Below are positions 10,090 through 21,321 of a stretch of DNA of 64,000 nt, one piece after another. The notes under the pieces are model-generated. The model worked only from the letters and a program-made list of their open reading frames with translations. It made no database searches and had not been told where the DNA came from. How positions within the stretch are numbered: position 1 is the stretch's first letter; every line of letters begins with the position of its first letter. Origin of the DNA: Tepidamorphaceae bacterium (GTDB taxonomy: Bacteria > Pseudomonadota > Alphaproteobacteria > Rhizobiales > JAKSCL01); NCBI GenBank assembly GCA_028289445.1, contig JANQPO010000014.1, positions 373,848 to 437,847 on the forward strand. Direction: 5' to 3'. The position numbers were made by a program, and so were the translations under genes.

Positions 10090-11168
10090 CGTTGTTCCAG
10101 TACATATTTCTCAAGTTCGCCCGCAACATTATCGGCGTCTACCTCGTCGTGCTCGGTTTGATTTTTCTGGTCGACTTTGTCGAGCACTTGCGCAGGGCAT
10201 CCGACCAGGAGGAGTTTGAGATTTCCGCGATCGCACTGATGGTTTTCTATCATGCGCCGTCCCTCGCGGAGCAGATCTTTCCCTTCGCCGTGCTCTTTGG
10301 AAGCATGGCCAGCTTCATGATGCTGAGCCGGACCCTGGAACTGGCTGTCGTGCGGGCCGCCGGTGTGTCGGTTTGGCAATTCGTCGCACCGGGTGCTGCG
10401 TTTGCGTTCCTGCTCGGCGTGTTCGCGACCACGATCTATAGCCCCGTGGTTGCGGAGATGCGCGCAAACTACGATCGTATGAATTTCGAGATCTTCGGTG
10501 GGCGATCGTCGTTCATGGAGACCAAGCGATCCGGTTCGTGGCTTAGGCAGCGCAGCGCCGATGGCGAAGCCATTATCCACGCGAAGAGCTCAATGGATCT
10601 CGGTGTCCGCCTCGCCGATGTGACGTCGTTCGTGTTTGACTCACAGGGCGCGTTGGTGGAACGGGTCGACGCCGAAACGGCGGTTTTGAGGCCGGGACGT
10701 TGGGATCTCGGAAACGCCACCGTATCGCGGCCCGATGGCAACGTCGTGCAATTCACCTCCTATGTCGTCAGCACCAATTTATCGCCTGAACAAGTGCGAG
10801 AGATTTTCGGCTCGAATGAATCGATCGCATTTTGGGACTTGCCCGGCATCATCGATGCTTCCGATTCAGCGGGGCTGGAGGCGCGCGGATTCCGCATCCA
10901 GTATCACATGCTTCTGGTTCAGCCGCTGAGCTTCGCCGTGATGGTCTACTTGGCGGCGACTGTTTCTTTGCGGATTTTCCGATTTGGTAACCTGGTTCGG
11001 ATGATTCTGGGTGGCGTCGCAGCCGGCTTCATGCTGTATGTTATGGTTCAGTTCGCGCGCGATCTGGGCATGAATGGCTTGACGTCACCGGCGCTAGCAT
11101 CTTGGCTTCCAGTGTGTGTGGCTATGGTATTGAGTTTTTCGGTCCTCCTCTACCAGGAGGACGGCTGA
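10086..11168 (+). CDS. lptG: LPS export ABC permease LptG
   Basis: YjgP/YjgQ-family protein of 360 aa. Coupled to lptF by a 4-nt overlap, and directly followed by lptD. Confidence 0.88.
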   Translation: MTLFQYIFLKFARNIIGVYLVVLGLIFLVDFVEHLRRASDQEEFEISAIALMVFYHAPSLAEQIFPFAVLFGSMASFMMLSRTLELAVVRAAGVSVWQFVAPGAAFAFLLGVFATTIYSPVVAEMRANYDRMNFEIFGGRSSFMETKRSGSWLRQRSADGEAIIHAKSSMDLGVRLADVTSFVFDSQGALVERVDAETAVLRPGRWDLGNATVSRPDGNVVQFTSYVVSTNLSPEQVREIFGSNESIAFWDLPGIIDASDSAGLEARGFRIQYHMLLVQPLSFAVMVYLAATVSLRIFRFGNLVRMILGGVAAGFMLYVMVQFARDLGMNGLTSPALASWLPVCVAMVLSFSVLLYQEDG

Positions 11169-11169
11169 G

Positions 11170-13563
11170 ATGGCGAATGAGTTCGTGATGGATTTCCTGA
11201 TCCGTCGAAGTCGCGTTTGGACGCTAAGCTGCGCCGTTTCGGCTGCGGCGCTTTGCGGCCTTGTTTTCGCACCTGCGCCAGCGACGGCACAGGAAGACGG
11301 AAACACGGTCGTCTCTCTTCAGTCGTTGCCTGAAGTCGATAACGACGAGCAGATGCTCGTCGAAGCCGATGAGTTGATCTACGACAATGTCAACGACACA
11401 GTCGTCGCCCAGGGCGCGGTTCAGATCTACTATGGACCTTATACGCTGCAAGCGGATCGCGTGGTTTACGATCAACCGTCTCGCCGCATTCGTGCCGAAG
11501 GCAACGTGCGCGTAACCGAACCCGACGGCAACGTTATCTACGCCGACGCTGCCGACCTCTCGGAAGATTTCCGAGACGGCTTCCTGCAATCCTTGTCGGT
11601 TGAAACCATCGAAGACACCCGGATTTCGGCGGCCGCCGCCGAGCGATCTGGCGACAACACCACCGTCTTTAATCGGGGCATCTACACGGCGTGCAAGCCG
11701 TGCGAGGAGGACCCTTCGAAACCACCGCTGTGGCAAGTCAAGGCAGTGCGCGTTGTCCACGATCAAGAAGAGCGGATGATCTACTACGAGAACGCCTCGT
11801 TGGAGTTCTTCGGACTGCCGGTTGCCTATTTCCCAATTTTTGCCAACCCGGATCCAACGGTAAAGCGCAAGAGCGGCTTTCTAACCCCTGGGCTGCGAAT
11901 AACCGAAATGCTCGGCGTTGGAGTGGAAATACCGTATTTCGTGAATGTCGCTCCGAACAAGGATATCACGCTTCGGCCGACGATCTCGACGCGCCAAGGA
12001 TTGCTGATGCAAGCAGCGTGGCGGCACCGGCTGGCGAACGGAACGTACAGCGTCGCGGCTGGTGGATTGAAACAGTTGGATCCCGCCGATGTCCCAGATT
12101 TCCCGGGTGATGACGAGGAGTTCCGCGGCTACGTTGCGACCAAAGGCCGGTTCGCCATCAACAAATACTGGTCCTATGGGTGGGACGCGACAATCGTCTC
12201 CGACGATGGATTTTTGAAAAGCTACGGGATCAACGGGAACACATGGCTGACGTCATCGGCCGATCTCACGGGTCAAAGCGAACGCTCGTTCTTGCAGACC
12301 AATGTCTACCACTTCCAGCGTTTGAATAGGATCAACTACGACCAATCTGAACTCCCGATCGTCACGCCGGATATTGACTACAACAAGACGTGGAATCGAG
12401 ACATCGTGGGCGGCGAGTTGTCGTTCGATGCAAGCTTCTACAACACGCATCGCGGTGACATAGATGATCGCACGTTGCTTCGCGAGATTGCCGCCGGGCG
12501 TTTGACTGAAACCGACTACGCTTACGGCAGCCGACTCGTCGGCGAATTGCAGTGGCAGCGGCAGCTCATTGATCCAGTCGGCCAGGTTTTCACGCCGTTC
12601 GCCGCATTGCGCGGAGATCTGTTCCACAATGAACAGGGATACAATGCCGCCCGAGAGTCATTTTCAGCATCATCGTTCCCGGCGTCATATGGTCAGTGGC
12701 AGCCGGTGACTTTGGAGTCGGAATCGACTGCGCGCGTCATCCCCACGGTCGGATTGGGGTACCGGTATCCCTTTGCAAGCCGGCAGAACTGGGGCACGCA
12801 AACCATCGAACCCGTCGCGCAGATTTACTACCGAACCGACACGCACGGCGACCAGGACGACCTTTTGAACGAAGATGCGATCAGCATCGTTTTCGATTCC
12901 GCCAGCCTGTTCGATCGCGACAAGTTCTCCGGCTATGACCGCGTCGAAACCGGACTGCGCGCCAATGTCGGGCTGCGCTACTCGGCTCAGTTCAATGCCG
13001 GCGGAACCGCGCAATTCGTTTTCGGCCGTTCATTTCATCTGGCCGGCGAAAATCCGTTCCCGGAGGATTCCGGACTTGAGGATGATGGCAGCGACTATGT
13101 CGGATCCGCCTCGGTGGAAATCGGGTCGCGTTTCAAACTTGCCGCGCAGACGCGTCTGGACGGCGAGACTTTCACCATCAATCGTAACGAGATCGTTGGG
13201 TCGGCCACTATCGGACGCGTCCGTGCCGGCGCGACATATGCCCATATTCTGCGCCAGCCCGGCATTGGCGCGATTGACGACGAACAGCAAATCAATGCGA
13301 ACGGACGGCTGAGACTGACCGATAACTGGTACGTTTCCGGATATGGGCGTTTTGATATCCAGGAAGATCGCCTCAACCAGACGGGCTTCGGCCTCAGCTA
13401 TGGCGATGAATGCTTCACGTTTGGCCTCAGCTATCGCGAGACCTATGATGCGAACGAGGACATCAACCGGACGTTCGGGTTGACCTTCAATCTGCGTACG
13501 ATCGGTGGCTTGTCGACATCCAGTTCGGAGTTGTCGGTCTTCCAGGAGGAAGAAGAGAATTAG
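11170..13563 (+). CDS. lptD: LPS-assembly outer-membrane protein LptD
   Basis: 797 aa with a signal peptide (...APAPATAQ), an OstA-like N-terminal domain and a large beta-barrel C-terminal region. Sits in the classic lptD-surA-pdxA-rsmA order. Confidence 0.92.
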   Translation: MANEFVMDFLIRRSRVWTLSCAVSAAALCGLVFAPAPATAQEDGNTVVSLQSLPEVDNDEQMLVEADELIYDNVNDTVVAQGAVQIYYGPYTLQADRVVYDQPSRRIRAEGNVRVTEPDGNVIYADAADLSEDFRDGFLQSLSVETIEDTRISAAAAERSGDNTTVFNRGIYTACKPCEEDPSKPPLWQVKAVRVVHDQEERMIYYENASLEFFGLPVAYFPIFANPDPTVKRKSGFLTPGLRITEMLGVGVEIPYFVNVAPNKDITLRPTISTRQGLLMQAAWRHRLANGTYSVAAGGLKQLDPADVPDFPGDDEEFRGYVATKGRFAINKYWSYGWDATIVSDDGFLKSYGINGNTWLTSSADLTGQSERSFLQTNVYHFQRLNRINYDQSELPIVTPDIDYNKTWNRDIVGGELSFDASFYNTHRGDIDDRTLLREIAAGRLTETDYAYGSRLVGELQWQRQLIDPVGQVFTPFAALRGDLFHNEQGYNAARESFSASSFPASYGQWQPVTLESESTARVIPTVGLGYRYPFASRQNWGTQTIEPVAQIYYRTDTHGDQDDLLNEDAISIVFDSASLFDRDKFSGYDRVETGLRANVGLRYSAQFNAGGTAQFVFGRSFHLAGENPFPEDSGLEDDGSDYVGSASVEIGSRFKLAAQTRLDGETFTINRNEIVGSATIGRVRAGATYAHILRQPGIGAIDDEQQINANGRLRLTDNWYVSGYGRFDIQEDRLNQTGFGLSYGDECFTFGLSYRETYDANEDINRTFGLTFNLRTIGGLSTSSSELSVFQEEEEN

Positions 13564-13702
13564 GTCTTGTCCACATCTTGCCGGATTCGCGTGCCTTTGA
13601 GAGCTGAGCGAGCGGGCAGCATTGGGCAAAACCGAAAGCGCTCGAAGCGTGGTGAACGACGACTTGTACCGGCTGAGACGAGCCTTACTTGAGACCAGGA
13701 CG

Positions 13703-14650
13703 ATGACGATCATTCAATTGTGCCGCGTCGCGGCAATGTCCGCGATAGTCGCCCTCACCGGCAGCGTCTTGGTTGCCGTCAACTCAACGTCGGCTGCAGC
13801 CCAGTCCACGCAACGGATCGCGGTGCTTGTCAACGATCAGGCCATTTCGGAGTTCGATATCGTTCAGCGCGTCCGTCTGCTGACGCTGACGGGGGCTTCC
13901 GGCTCACGATCAGCCGCGACGACGGAGCTGATCGAAGAACGCTTGAAGCTCCAGGAGGCCAAGCGGCTGGGCATCTCCGTAACCGAGCAAGAAGTCGATG
14001 ACGCGCTGCTTGGAATTGCCAAACGCACGCGAACCGGAACGGTCGCTCGCCTCGGCCAGGCGCTCTCGGCCAACGGTGTCGACATTCGAACTTTGAGGGA
14101 CCGGTTCCGCGCGGAAATCGCATGGGGGCAGGTTGTCCGTCGGCGCTTTCGCCGCGAGGTTCGTATCCGTGAGGCCGATATCGTAGCGGCTATGCGCGAC
14201 GACGAGAGCGGCGAAGAACAGCGCACCGTGCAGTACGAGTTGTCGCAAGTGATCACCGTCATACCGGCGAACGCCAGCAACACCTTGGTTGCCGAGCGCA
14301 AGCGCGTCGCCGACAAAATCCGCCAAAACGTGACGTCTTGCTCCAACCTGCGCTCAGTCGCCAGCGCTTTTCGCGATGTGACGGTCCGTGATCTTGGAAC
14401 TCAGACGGCAAACCAGTTGCCCAACGACATGGCGGAAGAGCTGGCGGGCGTTCCGGTCGGCCGGACATCGTCTCCCCGCAAGACCGACAACGGCTATGAA
14501 ATGGTTGTGGTCTGCGACAAGGCCGAAGTGACGGGCTTCGAAGCGGCACGCACGCCAATCGAAAACGAGCTGCGCAACGAGCAGGGCCTCATCCTCGCGC
14601 GGCGTCTGCTTCGTGATCTGCGCGCCGATGCGCTGATCGAGTATCGCTGA
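13703..14650 (+). CDS. surA: Periplasmic chaperone / parvulin-type PPIase SurA-like
   Basis: Signal peptide MTIIQLCRVAAMSAIVALTGSVLVAVNSTSAAAQ, a SurA N-domain-like region and a parvulin-like C-terminal part. Located between lptD and pdxA. ATG at 13703 preferred over the ORF-track start at 13622. Confidence 0.8.
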   Translation: MTIIQLCRVAAMSAIVALTGSVLVAVNSTSAAAQSTQRIAVLVNDQAISEFDIVQRVRLLTLTGASGSRSAATTELIEERLKLQEAKRLGISVTEQEVDDALLGIAKRTRTGTVARLGQALSANGVDIRTLRDRFRAEIAWGQVVRRRFRREVRIREADIVAAMRDDESGEEQRTVQYELSQVITVIPANASNTLVAERKRVADKIRQNVTSCSNLRSVASAFRDVTVRDLGTQTANQLPNDMAEELAGVPVGRTSSPRKTDNGYEMVVVCDKAEVTGFEAARTPIENELRNEQGLILARRLLRDLRADALIEYR

Positions 14651-14657
14651 GGTCGCC

Positions 14658-15671
14658 ATGACCGCGCGGCCCCTGGCCGTCACGCTTGGCGATCCGGCCG
14701 GCATTGGTCCCGAGCTGACACTTCGTGCGTTCGCCGACAGACAGGCCTTGGGTCTCCCGTCGTTCGTTGCCATCGGGTCGCGGGCCACGCTTGAAGCACA
14801 CGCAGCGGCACTAGGAGACCGTTGCGATGTTTTTCCATGCGCGTCACCTGACGACGCGTCACGCGCGCCTGACAACAGTCTGCCGCTCATCGCAACCGGG
14901 AACGACGCGCCTGTCACACCTGGCGTTCTGACCGAAGATGGCGCCCAGACGTCCATCGCCTCCATTGAAGCGGCCGTGCGCCTCGCACTGGACGGCGCGA
15001 TTGCCGGGATCGTCACGCAGCCGATCAACAAGGCGAACATGGTCCAGGCCGGGTTCGCCCATCCGGGCCACACCGAGTTTCTAGCGGCATTGTCCGCCCG
15101 ACACGGCAAAGCTACTTCGCAACCGGTGATGATGCTGGCTGCGGGAGATTTCCGCGTCATACCCATCACCGTTCATATACCGCTGTCGGCGGTCCCAAAG
15201 GCATTATCGACCGATTTGATCGTTGAAACGGGAGTGACCGTCGCCCACGTGCTTCGCACTGACTTTGGTATCGCCGCGCCCCGACTGGCTGTGGCCGGGC
15301 TCAACCCCCATGCCGGCGAGCGCGGTGTTCTTGGCACGGAAGACGACGCGATCATTGCACCGGCAATTGCCCGCTTGAACGACCGGGGTATTGCGACGAC
15401 GGGTCCCCACCCGGCCGACACGCTCTTCCACGCGGCAGCACGGGCAACCTATGACGCGGCACTCGCCATGTATCACGATCAGGCCCTGATCCCCATCAAG
15501 ACCGTGGCGTTCGATGAAGCCGTCAACGTGACCCTTGGCCTGCCGTTTGTGCGCACGTCGCCCGATCACGGCACTGCCATCGACATCGCGGGCCAGGGTT
15601 TGGCGCGGCCCGACAGCTTTATCGCCGCGCTGCGGCTCGCTGACACGATGGCACAAAGCCGATATGGCTGA
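14658..15671 (+). CDS. pdxA: 4-hydroxythreonine-4-phosphate dehydrogenase
   Basis: PdxA motifs [20 protein letters not shown] and TSPDHGTA. 337 aa. Confidence 0.93.
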   Translation: MTARPLAVTLGDPAGIGPELTLRAFADRQALGLPSFVAIGSRATLEAHAAALGDRCDVFPCASPDDASRAPDNSLPLIATGNDAPVTPGVLTEDGAQTSIASIEAAVRLALDGAIAGIVTQPINKANMVQAGFAHPGHTEFLAALSARHGKATSQPVMMLAAGDFRVIPITVHIPLSAVPKALSTDLIVETGVTVAHVLRTDFGIAAPRLAVAGLNPHAGERGVLGTEDDAIIAPAIARLNDRGIATTGPHPADTLFHAAARATYDAALAMYHDQALIPIKTVAFDEAVNVTLGLPFVRTSPDHGTAIDIAGQGLARPDSFIAALRLADTMAQSRYG

Positions 15672-16509
15672 GCCGCTCCCGCCGCTGCGTGAGGTGATTG
15701 CCCGGCATGGACTGCGTGCGCGGAAGAGGCTTGGCCAAAACTTCCTGCTTGATCTCAACCTGACCGGTCGGATCGCGCGCGCGGCCGGCCCGCTTGAGGG
15801 CGTCGTGGTGCTTGAGGTCGGACCCGGCCCTGGCGGGTTGACGCGCGCCCTTTTGGACCATGGCGCGGATCATGTGATTGCCATCGATGCCGACGCTCGC
15901 GTTGAACCTATCCTGGATGAGATCGCCACTGCGCATCCTGGCCGTTTGACCTTTGTGCTCGGCGACGCCCTCACCTACCTGCCGAGCGTCGATCAACGCC
16001 CCCTGCGAATCGTTGCCAACCTGCCTTACAACATCGCAACACCCTTGTTGGTGCGTTGGTTGTCGCAAGAGCCCTGGCCGTCCTGGTTCAACCGCATGGT
16101 GTTGATGTTCCAGCGGGAGGTTGCAGACCGCATCGTCGCCGAACCTTCGACAAAAGCTTACGGGCGACTGTCTGTGCTGACGCAATGGCGGACCGAGCCG
16201 CGGCGTCTGTTCGACATCGATCCACGGGCGTTTGTACCCGCGCCCAAGGTCGTGTCTTCGGTGGTCGACTTCGCTGTCAGGGAAAACCCACCGCCCTGTT
16301 CTCGCGCCGCACTTGAGACCGTCACGGCAAAAGCCTTTGGTCAGCGTCGCAAAATGCTGCGTGCTAGCCTGAAAGGGCTTGGATTATCGCCGGAGATGCT
16401 CCTCGATGCGGCCGAGATTAAGCCGACGCTGCGCGCCGAGGATGTGCCTATCGACGGCTTCGTGCGTCTGGCGAACGCCTATGAATCCGCCAAGGCAACC
16501 GCGATCTGA
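15664..16509 (+). CDS. rsmA: 16S rRNA (adenine1518/1519-N6)-dimethyltransferase
   Basis: [19 protein letters not shown] and ANLPYNI motifs. ATG at 15664 overlaps the pdxA stop by 8 nt; the longer ORF-track start at 15535 lies inside pdxA. Confidence 0.93.
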   Translation: MAEPLPPLREVIARHGLRARKRLGQNFLLDLNLTGRIARAAGPLEGVVVLEVGPGPGGLTRALLDHGADHVIAIDADARVEPILDEIATAHPGRLTFVLGDALTYLPSVDQRPLRIVANLPYNIATPLLVRWLSQEPWPSWFNRMVLMFQREVADRIVAEPSTKAYGRLSVLTQWRTEPRRLFDIDPRAFVPAPKVVSSVVDFAVRENPPPCSRAALETVTAKAFGQRRKMLRASLKGLGLSPEMLLDAAEIKPTLRAEDVPIDGFVRLANAYESAKATAI

Positions 16510-17165
16510 TCCTCCAGATCCGCGACCAGATCTTTCGTGAACTGGGTGAGCGCCGCGTCATGCCTCCGGCGCCGGGTGCGCTCGGCGGTGAGGATCGACC
16601 GCAGCACCGACAGCGTGCCTTCGAAGTCGCGATTGACCAGAACATGATCGTACTCGACCCAATGCCGGATTTCCTCGCGCGCATTCGACAGCCGCCGAGC
16701 GATCTCCTTGCTGCCGTCCTCCGCCCGGCGGCGCAGCCGGTTCAACAACTCGGCGGCTGACGGCGGCAGGATAAAAATGCCGACCAGATCCTCCGGCATC
16801 TTGTCCCGCAACTGCTGCGTCCCCTGCCAATCGATGTCGAACAAAACGTCTTGTCCAGCGGCCAGCGAATCCTCGACCGGCTGGCGTGGTGTGCCGTAGT
16901 AGTTGCCATGCACCTCGGCCCATTCCATCAGATCGCCGTCGTCGCGCATGCGCAGGAAGTCGCGCTCGGAAACGAAATGGTAGTGTACACCCTCCGCCTC
17001 GCTTGGCCGTCTCGGCCGGGTCGTCGCCGAGATGGACAACGCAATCTGATTGTCGCCCTCCATAAGCGACCGGGACAGCGTGGTCTTTCCAGCCCCCGAC
17101 GGCGAGGACAGAACGAACATGAGCCCGCGGCGCGTGCCGGCGCTGACGATCTCGACGCTATTCAA
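16479..17165 (-). CDS. gmk: Guanylate kinase
   Basis: P-loop [11 protein letters not shown] and guanylate kinase core (YHFVS..., GNYYGT). The only in-frame start upstream of the P-loop is TTG at 17165, which overlaps the yicC stop; ATG at 17120 would truncate the fold. Confidence 0.9.
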   Translation of the reverse strand: MNSVEIVSAGTRRGLMFVLSSPSGAGKTTLSRSLMEGDNQIALSISATTRPRRPSEAEGVHYHFVSERDFLRMRDDGDLMEWAEVHGNYYGTPRQPVEDSLAAGQDVLFDIDWQGTQQLRDKMPEDLVGIFILPPSAAELLNRLRRRAEDGSKEIARRLSNAREEIRHWVEYDHVLVNRDFEGTLSVLRSILTAERTRRRRHDAALTQFTKDLVADLEDQIAVALADS

Positions 17166-18051
17166 TGTTCTGGACCTGCTCGCGGAATTGATCGATCACC
17201 ACTTTTAGCTCCATGCCGATCCGGGTGATGTCGGCATCGTTAGACTTGGAGCATAGCGTATTGGCTTCACGGTTGAACTCCTGCGCCAGAAAATCGAGCC
17301 GCCGGCCAACCGCGCCGCCGTTCGCCAGAAGATCGCGCGCACTTGCGACGTGGGCATGAAGACGGTCCAATTCCTCGCGGATATCGGCCTTGGTCGCCAG
17401 GATCACCGCCTCCTGCGTCAGTCGCGCTTCGTCAAATCCGTCCGTTTCCGTCAGTCGCCCGATGTTGCGCGCAAGTCGCTCCTTTATCGCATCTGGTGCG
17501 CGCGCCGGTGAACGCTCGGCTTCAGCGACAAGGCCATCGATTGCCTCGATCTGATCGGACATCACAGTCGCCAAACGCTCACCTTCGCCGCGACGATCGG
17601 CAATCAAAGCGTCAAGCGCGGACCGAAAGCCGGCTTCGATTGCCGCGCGCGTTTCCTCGGAAAGCGCTTCGTTCGGATCGCCGGAATCGAGCACGCCTCG
17701 CACCGACAGAATGCGCATGGGATCGATCGTCTTGCGGTCCGGCGCCGGTTGGCCAAGCGCCTCGGCAACCGCATCGATGGCCGTAAGCACGCCTTGCACG
17801 GCGTCATCGTTCAGCTTGATTTGTGCCTGTGGGCGATCAGTCGTGACGTTGACGGTGACATTGAGCGCACCGCGCTTCAACGCGCTGCGCGCGGCGCTTC
17901 GAATGAGAGGATCGAGGGCTTCGGCGCCGGGCGGAAGACGAAGGCGCATATCCAGACCGCGACCATTCACCGACCGGACCTCGATGCGCCAGGACACGGC
18001 GCCGGCGACGCCATCGGCCTGACCGAAGCCGGTCATGGAGTGTATCGCCAT
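17158..18051 (-). CDS. yicC: YicC/YloC-family stress-induced protein (putative endoribonuclease)
   Basis: 297 aa with N-terminus MTGFG... and C-terminal DUF1732-like EFNREANTLCSKS motif. Adjacent to gmk, as is common. Confidence 0.85.
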   Translation of the reverse strand: MAIHSMTGFGQADGVAGAVSWRIEVRSVNGRGLDMRLRLPPGAEALDPLIRSAARSALKRGALNVTVNVTTDRPQAQIKLNDDAVQGVLTAIDAVAEALGQPAPDRKTIDPMRILSVRGVLDSGDPNEALSEETRAAIEAGFRSALDALIADRRGEGERLATVMSDQIEAIDGLVAEAERSPARAPDAIKERLARNIGRLTETDGFDEARLTQEAVILATKADIREELDRLHAHVASARDLLANGGAVGRRLDFLAQEFNREANTLCSKSNDADITRIGMELKVVIDQFREQVQNIE

Positions 18052-18137
18052 TGTCCGCTGTCCCCGCCAACGCTTACCTGTCGCGCGAATCGCGCGCTCG
18101 CGGAGGAGGTTAGCCGATCAAGGTGGTCAGATGCACG

Positions 18138-19316
18138 CTAGTTCGATTGCTCTTCAGTTGCCTCTTCGGCTTCCTCCGAGGCGGCGTCTTCTTCGGCTGC
18201 CGCTCTACGCTCGGCCTCGATCTCTCGCCAGCGCCGGACATTGCTGTTGTGACCTTCAAGCGTCTCTGCGAAAGCATGGCCTCCGGTCCCATCGGCAACG
18301 AAGTAGAGGTCGTTGGTACGCGAGGGATTGGCAACAGCCTCCAGTGACGCACGGCCGGGATTGGCGATCGGTGTCGGCGGAAGACCATCGATTTGATAGG
18401 TGTTGTATGGTGTGCGCGCTTCGATCTCGCTTTGGCGGATGCCGCGCCCGAGTTCACCGCGCCCATTGGTAATCCCGTAAATGATGGTCGGATCGGACTG
18501 CAGGCGCATGCCACGATTCAGCCGATTGATGAAGACACCGGCCACCCTGTTGCGTTCATCGGCACGCCCGGTTTCTTTTTCCACGATCGAGGCAAGCGTC
18601 ACCAGGGCATCCGGCGTCTCGATGGGCAGATCGTTGGCGCGTCGGTTCCAAACCTCCTGGACGAGTCGATCGTGCGCAGCCCGCATCCGCGCCAACAGCT
18701 CGTTGCGATCCGTGTTGCGCGTGAACTTATAGGTCTCGGGCAAGAGCGAGCCTTCCGTTGGAACCTCGGCAATCTCACCGGTCAACAAGGGTTCGTTGCG
18801 CAAAATCTCAACGACGTCCCAACTCGTGCGTCCCTCCGGCACGGTCACGGAATGCAGGATTGCCTTGCCGTCGATCAGCGTATCGATCACATCGCTCACA
18901 CTGGCGCGCGCCTGGAACAGATACTCGCCCGCCTTCAACTGCGTGTCGGCCTTGCGGATGCTGACCCCAACGCGAAACAGCAAGCGGTCCGTTATCACGC
19001 CAGCGTTTTCGAGCCGGGCAGCAATCTCACCGACACCTTCGCCCCGGTTGATGATCACGGTCTTTGTCTCAGGCAGCGGCCCTTCGGCCTCAAATCGCAG
19101 CTTGCCGATATAGAAGGCAACGCCAAGGCCGATGGCCAGGAAGGTCATCAGCGAAAGAACACCGTTGAGGATCGCCATGATCGGATTGCGATTGCGCCGG
19201 CGCTTGGGTGGCGGCGGTGCGGGATCGGGTTCTATGGCTTCTCGCGGACTGCGCGGGAAGGTCCGTTGCAGTGCGTCTCCGCCGCTTTGCAGTTCTTCGT
19301 CGAGGGAATTTGACAT
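18138..19316 (-). CDS. mltG: Endolytic murein transglycosylase MltG (YceG-like)
   Basis: Single N-terminal TM helix (ILNGVLSLMTFLAIGLGVAFYI) and a YceG domain with the SIVEKET catalytic-Glu motif and LQSDPT. Confidence 0.88.
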   Translation of the reverse strand: MSNSLDEELQSGGDALQRTFPRSPREAIEPDPAPPPPKRRRNRNPIMAILNGVLSLMTFLAIGLGVAFYIGKLRFEAEGPLPETKTVIINRGEGVGEIAARLENAGVITDRLLFRVGVSIRKADTQLKAGEYLFQARASVSDVIDTLIDGKAILHSVTVPEGRTSWDVVEILRNEPLLTGEIAEVPTEGSLLPETYKFTRNTDRNELLARMRAAHDRLVQEVWNRRANDLPIETPDALVTLASIVEKETGRADERNRVAGVFINRLNRGMRLQSDPTIIYGITNGRGELGRGIRQSEIEARTPYNTYQIDGLPPTPIANPGRASLEAVANPSRTNDLYFVADGTGGHAFAETLEGHNSNVRRWREIEAERRAAAEEDAASEEAEEATEEQSN

Positions 19317-19480
19317 CGCTGCTTATTTGTTCGTCGTCGGTCCCACTGCTTGTGCCGCAATTCCCCTCGCGCTGCCAGCACTTTTGACGCGAATCGCACA
19401 CCGCACCCGCATCTCAATGCTGGGAGCCTATTGATAAATATGGCGAAAGGACGATGTCGTCCAGTGGCCGACACGTCGCT

Positions 19481-20752
19481 TCAGTCTGCGACCCGGGAGA
19501 AGATCAGCGACGCATTGGTGCCGCCGAATCCAAAGGAATTCGACAGGGCGATATCGACCTTGCGCTCACGCGGCTTGTGCGGAACCAGATCGATCGTCGT
19601 CTCGACGGACGGACTATCGAGGTTGAGCGTCGGCGGAACGACATTGTCCCGAATGGCCAGCACCGAGTAGATCGCTTCCACCGCCCCGGCTGCGCCAAGC
19701 AAATGGCCGATGGCCGATTTCGTGGACGACATCGACAAATTGGGTGCACCGTTTTCGAACAAACGGGTGACGGCGTTCAACTCGATAATATCGCCAAGTG
19801 GTGTCGACGTTCCGTGAGCATTCACATAGTCGATATCTTTTGGTGTGATGCCGGCCCGCTTGATGGCCGCGGTCATGCACCGATAGGCGCCGTCTCCATC
19901 GTCTGCCGGCGCGGTGATATGATGGGCATCGCCCGACATGCCATAGCCGATGACTTCAGCGTAGATCTTCGCACCGCGCGCCTTGGCGTGTTCGTATTCC
20001 TCCAAGACGACGACCCCGGCACCCTCACCCATGACAAAGCCATCACGGCCTTCGTCATAGGGGCGCGACGCCTTCTGCGGAGTATCGTTGTAGTTCGTCG
20101 ACAAAGCGCGACACGCCACAAATCCGGACATTCCGAGCCGGCTCACGGGCGACTCGGCACCACCGGCTATCATGATATCGGCATCGTCCAACGCCACCAT
20201 GCGCGCGGCATCGCCAATGGCGTGGGCGCCTGTCGAACAGGCCGTGACGTTGGCGTGGTTGGGGCCCTTCAATCCAAACCGTATGGATACATAGCCGGAG
20301 ACCAGGTTGATCAGCAGGCCCGTGAGAAAAAACGGCGACATGCGCCGCGGGCCGCGATCGCGCACGATATCCGAGCCTTCGGCGATTTTCGACAGACCGC
20401 CGACGCCGGAGCCGATCATCACGCCGGCGCGGCATTTGTCCTCTTCGGTCTCAGCAACCCAGCCGGAATCCTCGATGGCCTGCTGCGCCGCTGCCATTCC
20501 GTAAACGATGAACTTATCGACCCGGCGCTGGTCGTTCGCACTCATGTAGTCGTCGGGATCGAATACCGCCCCGCTCAGTCTATTCTCGGCGGTCGGAATC
20601 TGCGCAGCAATCTTGCAGGCCAGGTCCGTGACATCGAACGAGTCGATACGCGAGACGCCGCTTTCGCTCGCCAAAAGGCGTCGCCAATTGTGCTCCGCAC
20701 CCACGCCAAGCGGCGTGAGGAGGCCAACGCCGGTTATGACTACCCGCCTCAT
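19481..20752 (-). CDS. fabF: 3-oxoacyl-ACP synthase II
   Basis: Active-site Cys motif VTACSTGAH, His motifs HITAP and NAHGTSTPLGD, and C-terminal NSFGFGGTNA. Confidence 0.96.
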   Translation of the reverse strand: MRRVVITGVGLLTPLGVGAEHNWRRLLASESGVSRIDSFDVTDLACKIAAQIPTAENRLSGAVFDPDDYMSANDQRRVDKFIVYGMAAAQQAIEDSGWVAETEEDKCRAGVMIGSGVGGLSKIAEGSDIVRDRGPRRMSPFFLTGLLINLVSGYVSIRFGLKGPNHANVTACSTGAHAIGDAARMVALDDADIMIAGGAESPVSRLGMSGFVACRALSTNYNDTPQKASRPYDEGRDGFVMGEGAGVVVLEEYEHAKARGAKIYAEVIGYGMSGDAHHITAPADDGDGAYRCMTAAIKRAGITPKDIDYVNAHGTSTPLGDIIELNAVTRLFENGAPNLSMSSTKSAIGHLLGAAGAVEAIYSVLAIRDNVVPPTLNLDSPSVETTIDLVPHKPRERKVDIALSNSFGFGGTNASLIFSRVAD

Positions 20753-20831
20753 GGAGTATTCGAAGGGTTAGATGGAGAAGACACGCGCAGCGAGACTCTC
20801 AACTGACACTGGTCAAAGGCGCGCCGCGTGA

Positions 20832-21068
20832 TTAGGCCGTGTTCTCTTTCAAAAACTTGACGGCGTCGCCAACGGTCAAAATGGTCTCTGCCGCGTCGTC
20901 GGGGATCTCACACGAGAATTCTTCCTCAAACGCCATCACCAATTCAACCGTATCAAGCGAGTCGGCGCCCAGATCATCAATGAAACTGGCAGATTCGCTC
21001 ACCTTGTCGGCTTCGACACCGAGATGCTCGACGACAATCTTCTTAACGCGATCGGCAATATCACTCAT
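20832..21068 (-). CDS. acpP: Acyl carrier protein
   Basis: 78 aa with the phosphopantetheine attachment motif [12 protein letters not shown]. Confidence 0.97.
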   Translation of the reverse strand: MSDIADRVKKIVVEHLGVEADKVSESASFIDDLGADSLDTVELVMAFEEEFSCEIPDDAAETILTVGDAVKFLKENTA

Positions 21069-21321
21069 GGTTTGTTCCTTGGCTCTCTCGTTTGCTCGCC
21101 CCTTCCGGGCTAGTAGGTTCGAACCCTCAGTTCGACTGCGCGTCGCCCAATGCCGAGGGCGACCGCCGCACCCTTTGAAACGTTCACGTCCTTAGCTACG
21201 GGAATGCAAGCTGTCCGCGCACCCGTTTAACCAGAACGTCGTCGATGTCCAGCAAAAAAGCGCGCGGGTGTTAACATGTTTTTCTCTCGTTGGCCAGCCG
21301 ACCCAAGCCCGGACTCTCGGC

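Noticed and set aside
14354-15169. 271-aa minus-strand ORF.
   Set aside because: It is antisense to surA and pdxA and carries no motifs. This is a shadow ORF.
19454-20806. 450-aa plus-strand ORF.
   Set aside because: It is entirely antisense to the unmistakable fabF gene. Its product is Arg/Gly/Asp/His-rich low complexity, as expected for a stop-free reverse frame in high-GC DNA.
21069-21321. 253-bp fabG-acpP spacer checked for an ncRNA or riboswitch.
   Set aside because: I saw only short palindromes (aacatgtt, gttaac) and one 7-bp hairpin. This is consistent with an ordinary fabG terminator region plus the acpP promoter and leader.
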